Shown here piece by piece: positions 13,401 to 25,189 of a DNA stretch of 64,000 nt. A model generated the notes under the pieces. That model was not told where the DNA came from, made no database searches, and worked only from the letters and a program-made list of their open reading frames with translations. A program made the translations under genes and the position numbers. Source of the DNA: Anthoceros angustus. Its lineage: Eukaryota; Plantae; Anthocerotophyta. Position 1 is the first letter of the stretch; every line of letters begins with the position of its first letter. The stretch covers positions 744,001 through 808,000 of the forward strand of contig MU008164.1 of the NCBI GenBank assembly GCA_010909165.1, written 5' to 3'.

Positions 13401-16400
13401 GGTACAATCAAGGATGTACACCATGTGCTTGCGAAGAATCTTCTTTCAATGCAAGAATCACGACCACAGGAATGAGATTGTGTTCAACTCGAGGATGTCG
13501 ATCCAACCCGAGCAACGGAATCACCTAATGTCAAGGTGATAGCTCGAGGTGTTCGGAAGGCAATCTCTATAAGTTGTGTGCTTCCATAGGTGATCAACAA
13601 GCTTGCACATTTGTGTCAAGCTCGCCTAAACACGGGTCAATAGATTTGTGGCATCAACGCTTGGGGCACACTGGAGTGGACAACATCAAGATGATGAAGA
13701 ATCAACAAATGGTGACCGGCTTGGATTTGAAAGAGATTGGTGAGCGGTGTGCCAAGGGTGCATAATGGGAAAGCTTCACCAACCAAGTTCCCAAGGATTG
13801 GGCGTCGGCGGCAAAGGCGTTGGAACTTGTACACACGATGTGTGGACCAATGAAGAACCCTACCCATGGAGGAGCCGCTACATTCTAGTGTTTGTGGATG
13901 ACTTCACAAGGAGGAGTTGGACATACCTTTTGAAGGAGAAGTCCAAGTGTTCAAGACATTCAAGGAGTGGAAAGCCTTGGTGGAGAAGCGGAGAATGCCT
14001 CAAGACTCGAGGAGTGACAATGGAGGAGAATACATCTCTTCTCAATTCAAAAGCTTTTGCAAGGAGCATGGCATTCGGAGGCAACTAACAATTCCTCACA
14101 CAGGAGCAAAATGGAGTGGCGGGCGCAAGCTAAGGAGCCTAGTGGAGGCGGCCAAGTGCATGCTCCATCAAAGTGGGTTGGAGGTACGTTTTGGGAGAGG
14201 GTTGCTGACAACTCATGTTTTGAATAGAGTTCCAACCAAGGTACGGAATGACCGGAGGCATGGTGCAGTGTCAAACCTAACGTGAGTCATTTTAGGATCT
14301 TTGGTTACGGTTTATGCTCATGTTCCAAAGCAAAACCGAACCAAGTGGGATCCTAAAGGCATCCGATGCATCATGCTTGGGTATTGGATGAGGTAAAGGG
14401 TATAGATTATACAACCCTACAACCAAGAAAATCATTTTCGAGGATGTTGTTTTCATGAGGTTGTGGAACCTAACAAAGGAGTGGGAGCAACGCAAGTTGT
14501 CATCAAGGAGTTGAAGGAGCGTGAAGAAGCACAAGACTTGGTTCTTGAGCAACCTACTCTTGAGCATGCTCAACTGTTCTGAGCATGAGCAACCTCTACC
14601 ACAAGGTGATATAGAAGGTGGAGAAGCCCGGATATCGAGGATGATGAAGAGGAGGCGAGATCGAAGAATCCAAGAGGAGCCGCCGAGGATCGAGATCATC
14701 AAGGCGTGTCTTGCACCACGGCATCTCGTTCGGGCGTCGACAAGCGAGAAAGGAAAGTGAAGTCCTTTCATGCCGTGCTAAGGTGCGTGAACTTGAGATT
14801 TGGTTGAGAGCCTCACCGCCAGTATCACGCAACTCTACCTCCGATGTCGGACCCATCGAACTCCAAGCGCATGCGGTTGTGGAGCTTCGCTTGTTGCAGC
14901 AAGCGACCCCTGATGTCTGTTTGAGTTGGATGTGATGCCGCCTAGGACACGTCCGGATCCTCCTGAAGAAGAGGACTTGACTTAGATTCGGCGGCATCGT
15001 GCCTCGTCACACATGGGCGCTCGTGCCGATTGCCTAGTGGCTCGATACCATAAAGCGCGGTGTGGATCATTCAAGGGGGGTGCGAAACATGAGCGGAAAA
15101 TGAAAAGCAGTTATTTAGTTCATGGGAAAATCAAGCATATATACAGTTGTGTAAGTGGTTATAAGCATTGTAAAACCACTAGCATATAGTCAACCTAACT
15201 TTAGATGACTTAACTATTTCATTAGCTTCCTTGGCAGATCCCATCTCCTCTAACAAGTTACCATATATCGCCTCCATGACCGCGAGCATGTTGCCTATAT
15301 TCGCTCGTAGAGGATAGAGCCACGATGGGTTGTCTCCTACTATTCCATGAAATGGCTCCCCATTCGGCATAAGCCGCATATCCGTCGTAGACTTGCGACT
15401 ATCAACATCTCACCCGATCGAATCACAATATCCTACCGGACTTCTTATGCTCTTGATACACCAAATTCCAATGCTTTGTACCACTCAAGTACCTCATTAT
15501 CCTCTTCACGGCTTGAAAGCTACTTTGTCAGGTTAGCCATAAATTGACTTGCAACTCCCTTGCCTGCAATGGCCTTGTCCTGTAGATAAATAGGTGAGGC
15601 ATCCAACCTGCTTGATAGAGAGTTTTATCTACCTTCTCCTTCTTGTTGTAGGACTCATCTCCTTTGAGAGCTTCTCATTAAGCACCATTGGTGTCTTCTT
15701 ACTCTTGCATTCAAAAGCGCTTGAGGACATTCTCAACATGTCCTTTGGCTCAAAGAGATCTACATGAACCAACGGAAGGAATGAAGTGCGGGGAAAGTGA
15801 GGTATGTAAATTGCTAAAGGCACTATGGTCTTAAGCAATGCACTTACCGGTATGTTAAGATTGACAAGTTCTTCCAAGCTAGAGGTTTTAAGAAAACCAA
15901 TGGAGATTGGAACATCTATGTGAAGAGAGTAGGAGAGTCCATGATGATCATTGTCTATGTGGATGATCTAATCCTTGTTTGCAATGATTTGGAGCTCTTA
16001 GAGAGTACGAAGAAGAGTCTTAATGATAGTTTTGATATGAGGGATCTAGGTGAACTTCATTACTTTCTAGGATAGAAGTAATGAAGTTCACCTAGATCCC
16101 TCATATCAAAACTATCATTAAGACTCTTCGTGCTCTAAGAGCTTCCAAATGCAAGAGTGCAAGCACAGAAGACACCAATGGTGCTTAATGAGAAGCTCTC
16201 AAAGGAGATGAGTCCTACAATCAAGAAGAGAAGGAGAAGGTAGATAAAACTCTCTATCGCAGTTGTTGGATGCCTCACCTATTTATCTACAGGACAAGGC
16301 GACATTGCGAGGCGTGGAGTTGCAAGTCAATTTATGGCTAACCGGACAACAGCTTTCAAGCCGTGAAGAGGATAATGAGGTACTTGAGTGGTACAAAGCA

Positions 16401-17681
16401 TTGGAATTTGGTGTATCAAGAGCATCGAAGTCCGAGTGGTAGGATATTGTGATTCGATCGGTGAGATGTTGATAGTCGCAAGTCTACGATTGGATATGCG
16501 TTTATCTTTGAATGGGAGCCATTTCATGGAATAGTAGGAGACAACCCATCGTGGCTCTATCCTCTGAGCGAATATATGGCAACATGCTCTGCGGTCATGG
16601 AGGCGATATGGTTGCGTAACTTGTTAGAGGAGATGGGATTCAAGCAGAAGGAAGCTAATGAAATAGTTAAGTCATCTAAAGTTAGGTTGACTATATGCTA
16701 GTGGTTTTATGAACAGTTATAACCACTTACACAACTTGCGTATATATGCTTGATTTTCCCATGAACTAAATAACTGCTTTTCATTTTACGCGCTCATGTG
16801 CTTGCCGCACCCGCCGTGCCCCTTGAATGATCCACACTCGCTTTATGGTATCGAGCCACTAGGCAATCGTACGAGCGCCCATGTGTGAGGCACGATGCCT
16901 AAGAGAGGATTGCCTCACGTGCGCCTAGGCGGAAGGTCAACATAGAAGTTGATCACTTTCCCTCACCGTAACCGGTTTTTCCGCACAACTTGCCTGGAGA
17001 ATAATCATCATTCCGTGTCCCGGCAATCTTCACCAAGGCTTCCAGCCCGTGCAACCAGTTCTAGGCGCAGTGTGAGCCCATCACCCTCCATCGGCAGAAT
17101 CAAGACGGCGTGTACTGCACCAGCCACGGCATCTCGTTCGAGGCGGCGTCCTGACAAACAGAGAAAGGAAAGTGAAGTCCTTTCATGCCGTGCTAAGGTG
17201 CGTGAACTTCAGGATTTGGTTGAGAGCCTCACCGCCGGTATCACGCAACTCTACCTCCGATGTCGACCCATCGAACTCCAAGCACATGCGGTTTGTGGAG
17301 CTTGACCGCTTGTTGCGCAAGCGACCCCCACCGATGTCCTGTTTGAGTTGGATGTGATGCCGCCTAGGACACGTCGGATCCTCCTCAAGAAGAGGACTTG
17401 ACTTAGATTCGGCGGCATCGTGGCGGATCGGATCCCGATCCACGTGGTGAAGAACGCTATAGGCGTCCGGTTCAATTTTGAGTTCGGGCATCCTAGAGAA
17501 CCACGAAGGTGCTCGTGAAGGGCCACGAGGAGGTTTTGGCTATACCCCGTGGTTCCTTTGGGGAGCAGACACCTTTGATCTCCTCGAGCAATGTAACACG
17601 CCCAACCACAACTGGAGGGACGGAGAGCACGCTCAATCCTCATAACTTCCACATCGCCTCGACGGGGCATCCACCTCAACT

Positions 17682-20600
17682 ATGGCCTGCTCTTCCTCAA
17701 CCCGCCTTGAAGATCGATTTGAGGACAAGGATCGTTTCAATGGAAACGACTACAACACCTGGTCATTGAGATTGACCCGGATATTTGAGGAAAATGAGTT
17801 GATGTCGGTGGTAGATGGAAGTGAAGTATGCCCGGTAGCAGTACAAATGCAGCAGACGTTCTCGATGGAAACGAAGGGACGGAGAGCACGCTCAATCCTC
17901 ATAGCTTCTCTTGGCGAAACATGATGCCTCACACCTTGGGTGCTACCACCGCACTGGTGGCATAGTTTCGATTTACAAGGATAAGAGTAATGCATCCGGT
18001 GTTTGCACAGGACTTCTTTGGCATGAGGATGAGGGACAACGAATCCGTTGAATCCTATATTAACCGCTTGACGCACGAGCTACCTTGGCATCTTGTGGCA
18101 CAACCCTTACAGAGGAACAAGCGGGACCCGATCTGTTAGCTTCACTTCCGCAGCTACCATTTTATGAGTTCACAGTTCGCTCGTGCATCCTCTCGCCGCT
18201 GACCGCTCCCCGCCAATCTGGACCAATAGGGGCTTTGCTAGTAAGAGCGCACTAAGGGTTTTCATAAGGGAAAGGAGACTTCCCAACAACATTTTAGTTC
18301 GAGAGTTCTATTTTCCGCCGAGGCGAGGGAGCTTTCGTGGACGTGGTCGTGGAGGACAAGGTCGAGGGGCTATTCCACTGACCAAATCTCCAAAGGAAGA
18401 CTTTACTTGTAATCGTGTAAGATCCCGGGACATTTTGAGAAGGATCAGGAAGAAGCGTCTTTGGAGAGCCACGCAAGGATGGATCGCTCCGAATCCAACC
18501 TAGCCACAAGCCATCAACAACGGCTAAGTCACCTTCCATTCTTGCCGCTTTGTTTAGCTTGGTTCAAATTCGATGACATGTGGTTTTGGACTCGGGGCTA
18601 CTAGCCACATTTGTTACGATAGGCGTGCTTTCCATGAGTTCTTACCACGATAGTCGTGATTCGTCTTATTAGGTGATGATAGTGGTCTCCCATTAAAGGT
18701 TCAGCTCACCACCCGAGCCTAATTCCATCACGATGATTCTCACAGTGTCCTGTTTGTCCAGCCATGACTAAAAATCTAATGTCATTAAGCTTTCGAGAAC
18801 ATTCTGTAGAATTTGTTTTGATCATTCGTTGTTCCATTTCTAACATAGTATGGGATGAAATTTTCTCCTGGAACTCCTTTTAATGACTTGTATCTCTTGA
18901 ATGTCGGGACTCTTTCCCAAGCACCCATTTCAGTCAGTCTCCATCACTATCTCCCACATGTGGCATTGTCGTTTGGGACACGTCAATTTTCAGCGTTTGT
19001 CTTTGTTGGTGAATAACACGGTCTTTAGAGATTCCTGTCATTCTCATTTGATAACCATGCTTTTGCGATTCTCAAGTTAGCAAAGCCATTTCCCACCATT
19101 TAGAGATCGAACTTATCCGAGCACCGGTCTTCTCCACACAGTTCACGTGACCTTTGTGGCCCCATGTCCATCCTCCTTTGGGGTGCCCAATATTTCTTGA
19201 CCTTCATTGACGAATGGGCGGATATTGTAAAGTATACGTGCTGCATAGCAAAAGTGACACTTTCACCTGTTTCCAAGATTTCGTCACTATGGCCCAACGA
19301 CAGACAGGCTGCAAACTCAAGATTTTGAGGTCAGACAATGGTGGAGAATACATTAGTCATGCCTTTTCAGACTTTTGTGCAACAGAGGGAGTTCTTCATC
19401 AGTTTACTGTACCATATACACCTGCCTAGAATGCGTTTGCTGAACGCAAAAATCGTACTTTACAAGAGGCCACTCTTTCTAGTTTGTCTTTTGCTGGACT
19501 GACTCGTGGCTACTGGGCAGAAGCCCTCGTTGCAGCTACTTATGTGCAGAATCGTCTCCCTACCAAAGAACTTGGGCTCATTACACCATATGAACGTTGG
19601 ACAGGCAAGAAGCCACGCATCACTCACTTGCGGATTTTTGGCAGCCCTGCATATGCCCTTGTACCTTCTCAGCTGCGACGTAAGCTCGACCCGAAGGCTG
19701 TTCGTCGAATTTTTGTTGGCTATGCTGAGGAAGTGAAGGGTTACAAGCTGTTTGATCCCAGTACTCGGCAAGTTACTTATTCCCGCAGTGTGATTTTCCA
19801 TGAGAATGCTTTACTTCGACGACATGACAGCTTGTTATCACCTTCTTATGTGTTGCCTCCTGCCACTATCCATGGTGTTGATGATGACGCTGATTTTGCT
19901 GATGATAAGGACACTGATGTTGCTGTCTTTGATTTTGAGGATACAACTCCTTCAGCTTCACGGGGGCACATCAACCAGCCAGAGTCACCTCAGCCATCAC
20001 AGTCTGTGTCATCTTCTTCTGAACCAGATGAGTCTACTTTACCTGCTGAGTTTGCTCCTGTTGATGAATCAGAGTGCTTGATCCTCCAAAGGCCTCTGAT
20101 TTACCTTTAGTTGCCACGATCCTCCTTCCGGGACACACCATCCTCACTGTCCTTGCGGTCTACTAGGTCTAGACCCCTCGCCATGAGTGGATGTAACCAC
20201 CATTTGTTCTTGGTGTAGCTTCCAAAACTCTTGTTCCAAACTTTAACACTTATGAGCCAACTAGTTACCTTGAAGCCATCACAGCCCGAGGCAGAATTCT
20301 GGAAGGAGTCCATACAGTCTGAATACAACTCTTTAATGGAAAATGGTACTTGGAAACTTGTAGACTTACCAAGGTCGTAAACCGGTAGCTTGTAAATGGG
20401 TCTTTAAAAGAAACTCAACACGGATGGCGGTGTTGGCGCTACAAATCTAGGTTAGTAGCTAAAGGATATAGCCAAGTTGCTGGGTTAGACTATAATGAGA
20501 CATTTGCGCCTGTGGTGAAGTCTACTTCAGTCAGAATATTGCTAACTCTAGCAGCCCATTTTGGTCTTCACGTTCACCAACTAGACGTTAAGACAGCATT

Positions 20601-21780
20601 TCTTAAGGGTACATTGGAAGAAGAGATTTACATGCATCAGCCTGAAGGTTTTGTTATAGACGAGGAGAAAGTTTGCCTATTGCTCAAGACACTTTATGGC
20701 CTGAAACAATCCAGAGCTTGGAATGAAACGCTTCATGCTCTGATAGAATTGGGTTTTACCCGCTTGGATCTTGATAGTCTGCTACATATTGTGGGATGGA
20801 GATGACTTTCTTATTATATCCGCTTATGTGACGACAACTTCCTTTTCAAGATTTTGGTGTTGATGGCGAATCAAAAGTGTTCTTTTATCTCGCTTTGACA
20901 TGACCGACCTTGGGCAACTTTGTTTTCTCTTGGTGTTCGATTCAGTTTCTCAAGATAGGCATACAGCTGAGTTGCATCAAGAGCACTTCGTCCTCGGCTA
21001 CTTGAAGTTCAACATGGGTGAGGCCTGTCAACACCTATGTCAACAAGTGAGAAGCTATCCAAGGAACATTGCCCAACTACACGGGAAGAGAAGGACTTGA
21101 TGGCCACTCGCCCATACAGGCGGTTGGTAGTCTTCTATATCTAGCATCTTGGACAAGGTTGGATATATCCGGTCGTAAGCAATGTTTCTCAATTTTTAGA
21201 GAACCCGGAGAGGTGCCTGGGCAGCGTTAAGAGAATATTCCGTTATCTTAAGGGAACTCCTCGTTTAGGCTCAAGTATACCAAGCGGTCTTTGGATTGGA
21301 GCTAGTTGGATTTTGCGATGCGGATTGGGCTGGATCCGGATTCAAGAAGGAGCATAGTAGCTTATTGTAACTTTGTTGGGTGGCTCGGTGGTATCCTGGT
21401 CTAGCAAGAAGCTTACGACAATTTGTCTATCATCCACTGAAGCTAAATGCGAACCTTGTCTCAAGCTGCCCGTGAAGTCATTTAGTTACGTTCCTTTCTA
21501 CGTGGTCTTCGACCACTGGAGCTACAAGGTTGTGGTGTGACAACCAATCGGCTATAGCACTCACGAAGAACCCGGTTTTCACGCCCGCTCAAGCATATCG
21601 AAATCACATCATTTCATTAGACAAGCTTATGACAAAGGAGAGGTAGATGTTCGATATATTCCAACATGTGAGAATGTTGCGATGTCCCGACAAAAGCACT
21701 TCCAAAATTGTCGATCCGAAGCATATGGCAGCAGGGATCACCAAATATCACCTTCCTTGGAAAAGGGATAGCCCACTAGT
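17682..21780 (+). pseudogene. Copia B gag-pol polyprotein (many indels; end approximate)
   Basis: Gag MACSSSTRLEDRFEDKDRFNGNDYNTW, protease DSGATSH, integrase RSDNGGEY and YWAEALVAATYVQNRLP, RT HQLDVKTAFL and LYGLKQS, RNase H motifs. Confidence 0.9.
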
Positions 21781-22557
21781 CTACTCCTCCTTGCGCATGC
21801 TCCTAGATTTATGATAGCCCTTCTCTCGATTTTGCCTTGATGTTTGCGGTGGTCTTTCTTGATTCATCCAGAGACCGCAGCAATGTAAGTGGTAAACAAG
21901 GTGAGTTGAGCATCTGGGAGGTAGGTTAGCGAAGGCAGGGTGGATGAAGCTCACACGTACTTGTAAGCGCGACCTTACGCATCCGGTCATACTTTCTTTT
22001 CTTGTTTTCCTCTTGAGGAGTCTTATCACGCCATGACCTTATTAGCCCGCACGGCTGGTCTTCTTTGCTGAGTGCCTTCTGTGCCTCCGATGTGATTCTA
22101 TATGCATAGTAGTACTCAAGCTCTTCTTCCTCTTTTGGCATTGCTTTCGGATAGCATCCCGGTATTGCTCCTTGGTCGGGCCTTCCTTCAAAGGACACTA
22201 CACTTGGAGTGTCATAAGGTGAGCCTTTTCACCAACAGTCTCAGTCTTGAGATATACCTTGTTGTAATCCTTGGCTCACTGCTCATTGTTTTGGGGCGTT
22301 GAAGTCCAGAGAGGATGTTCGCATATAGAGCTGTGTAGAATCCACTGTCGAGGTAAGAACTTTGAGGCAGGTATCCACTCCCTTCCACAGTGAATGCACT
22401 CAACGCCATTGGGAACCTTCGCCATAGGATCCTCAGTGGTTAAGCAGCAGTGCTTACAACCCAGCAGCCATATACCTACCAGGCATATTGTGAACCAACC
22501 CAGGAGGAGCGCAGCAGTTAGATTGCAAATCTCAAGGCTGGAGATTTGGAGCGCCAT
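21781..22557 (-). other. Putative additional antisense ORF between pol and the 3' LTR of copia B (frame broken by indels; unknown function)
   Basis: Overlapping minus-strand ORF pieces tile 21781-22557. Matching pieces are on the + strand in the inverted copy at ~2610-3350 (MALQIS..LEICNL, EDPMAKVPNGVECI, KEEEELEYYYAYRITS), with frameshifts in different places. Confidence 0.5.
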
Positions 22558-23257
22558 GGTATTTGCATCTGGATTTAGAGCGCAACAGGCAGGTTGGTGG
22601 ACAGAGGAGCTAGGAGCGTAAGTGGTGAGAGGCGTAACAGCTGGCTGGTCACGAGGAGCGGGCGGTCAAGTCCACAACTGGCAAATCATTTTGATTCTTT
22701 TTTCAGTTTTGTACTGAACCCAAATCAAGGTTCTAAGTTTAAGACAATATTTTATTGCTTAAATACTTCCTCTTGAGCTGTTCATTGCAACCAAGAGGGA
22801 GTAATGAAATAGTTAAGTCATCTAAAGTTAGGTTGACTATATGCTAGTGGTTTTATGAGCAGTTATAACCACTTACACAACTTGCGTATATATGCTTGAT
22901 TTTCCCATGAACTAAATAACCGTTTTTCATTTTTCTGCCGCGCTCATGTGCTTTCGCTCGCACCCGCTCGTGCCCCCTTGAATGATCCACACTCGCTTTA
23001 GAAGCAACAACAATCTTCAACGACAATCAAGGTTGCATCTTCTTAGCCAAGAATGCAACTTTTCATGCTAGAACCAAGCACATCGAAGTGAAACATCACT
23101 TTATAAGAGAGAAGGTAAAGTCAAAAGAGGTAAAGCTAGAGTATTGTCCAACGGAGACATGCGAGATATTTTGACCAAAGCCTTGACTTTAGAAAAACAT
23201 GCTAGGTTTAGCAAGATGCTAGGCCTAAGGGAATAATTTTGATATGTTGAGTGGGAG

Positions 23258-23629
23258 TGTTAGAAGTGATTTATTACAACATATCAAAATATGTTATGAA
23301 GAGTGCCCTAAAAGCAGGTTATGAAGAGTGCCCTAAAATAACATACTTGAAAGTCATGCATCTTCTAGAAAGTATCTTCTAGAAAGTATCTTCTAGAAAG
23401 TCCAAAAGTAAAGGGCAAGGTCAAGTAACCAATAGGATTCAAGGTCAAGTAACCAGAGGGATCGAAGGCTAGGACTATATAGGCCAAGCCCACCTACTTG
23501 TAAGGTGTGGTGTGTGCAAGTGTTCTTGTGTGCTTGTGTGCTAGTATCTAGTGTGCCTAGTGCATATAACCCATATTGTATGGGAGTGTTGTGTTCCCTC
23601 TCTATAAAGGCTCAGCTCTTTTCCTAACA
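23258..23629 (+). repeat. 3' LTR of copia A
   Basis: Preceded by PPT GAGTGGGAG, TG..CA ends, followed by TSD GCGGC. Confidence 0.95.
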
Positions 23630-23789
23630 GCGGCATGCACTAATTTGTGTGATCATTTAACCAAGTTGCAGGTCAAGACCAAGCAGGCCCAAATGCTTGT
23701 CTCCAGCTAGGCTCAGGCGGCACGGAAAATCGTATTTTTTAATGGTGACTGCGTGATTATCAAGGATACCTTATGAATCAAGGATGGGT

Positions 23790-24300
23790 TTCTGGAATTG
23801 CAATGGATCTTTTATGGACAAAACCAGGTGGTATGCTACACCTTATAGCGGGCCACAACCTGATCTTTCTCACGGAAACTCACGAACACCAGGTCAGGAA
23901 TCTCCTTATTTTTCCCAATTTCCTTTCCTTCTCTTTATTTAGGGATTATGTTTCTTCCAAGACACCGGTGGTGTGGCTTGCTTTTAACTCTTCTCTCTCA
24001 CAATTCATCACCGGGAGGACTCTCTGGCGAGGGTTTTGTGAATTAGGGTTTCGGCAATGATTTCCATCTAATAATCATTTATTCATAGCAGGTTGCTATT
24101 TTCTCCCTCAGGATTCTCCCTATGCTTAAGGCCAGCCTCGTATGACATTTGAAAGACCTATCAAAAGATCTCATGTATTTTATGCCTCTGGGATATCTTG
24201 TTGGTTGGAGACTTGATTAATACCAAAAATGCATAAATACTCGAATTTTATTGATATTTGTTTAGGGGAGGGCAAATTACAACGGGCAATGAACTCCGGA
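23790..24300 (+). pseudogene. Decayed AP-endonuclease domain of a non-LTR retroelement
   Basis: WNCNG, LIFLTETH, GGVA, FIAGCYF and LVGDL motifs occur in the expected order across frameshifts. Confidence 0.6.
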
Positions 24301-24329
24301 AATCTAGAGCGGAGATGTAGGTTCACTCT

Positions 24330-25189
24330 TTACACGAGAATATTACCATTCATATTAATTTTAAAAATTGAAATGAATGGTAATATTGCGTTACAACGCA
24401 GCTTGTAGCAACGGGGCACAACGTAATTTACAATGCTACTTGGTCAAGTAACTCTGGTCAGGTGATCTTGATTAATACACTTTGGTTACCCTAACTCTGG
24501 TTTATTAATTGTAGTTTAGTACGCTAGTTACTTAACCTTGGGTTACAGGAACCCATGGTTACCTTAACGAGGGTAAATCTCGTTCTAAAACCCGATGTTA
24601 AATCCGTTGCATGGCTTTGTTGTAACTTAAAACCCTAAACCCTGACCTACTGACGTGGCACACACGATGACATGGCAAGATGACATGGCATGCACAATGA
24701 CGTGATATGTTAGCATGTTCCAAACCTATCACCGAACCTTATTCACAACAGGCATTTCTCTTTACAACCAAAGGTTCAACATAAATATTTATATTTTTTA
24801 AAATTTCAAAATTTATGAAAAACAATTTTATCAAATTTTACCATTGATTAGAATACATAGGTATCTATATAGAATTAATAGATAAGTATAGACATCCCCT
24901 AAATAGGCCCTAATTTTCCACATAAACTCTCGTTTCTTTGTTTTCAGCATCTTAAATTTGTAAATTTTTACATATTGGGCGTTTTAGGTATAATAATTTC
25001 TAGATTTTCAACTTTTACTAATTTTAATTAATTAAAGCTGAATTACCCTTTGGGATACGGTACCTATTTACAACGTTATTGGGGACGCATCCACTATAAT
25101 GCTTGGATTTACAACATGTTATTAAATCACGTTGTAAATGACATTGTAATTCCCATTGTAATTCTTAAAGCACCTCTATTCTTATAGTG
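24330..25189. mobile_element. Possible CACTA-type non-autonomous element (right end only; left boundary uncertain)
   Basis: TTCTTATAGTG at 25179-25189 is the reverse complement of CACTATAAGAA and abuts a truncated copia. The AT-rich body has recurrent TTACAAC/GTTGTAA motifs in both orientations. No left TIR was found. Confidence 0.4.

Larger units (their letters stand above)
16656..23000 (+). mobile_element. Ty1/copia LTR retrotransposon B with short non-canonical TA..TA LTRs, nested in A
   Basis: LTRs at 16656-16845 and 22802-23000 (TAATG...GCTTTA). TSD GAAGC at 16651-16655 and 23001-23005. PBS TGGTATC-GAGCC at 16846; PPT AAGAGGGAG. Removing B restores A's RNase H (FKQKEA|TTIFNDNQ). Confidence 0.95.
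10049..23629 (+). mobile_element. Ty1/copia LTR retrotransposon A (internally scrambled, with element B nested in its RNase H)
   Basis: LTRs at 10049-10409 and 23258-23629 (TG..CA). 5-bp TSD GCGGC at 10044-10048 and 23630-23634. PBS TGGTATCAGAGCC at 10410; PPT GAGTGGGAG before the 3' LTR. Gag starts MASTSMETRLVEKFGGTNFTLWKLK at 10602. Order is INT-RT-RH, with YVDD and HHMDV motifs. Confidence 0.95.
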
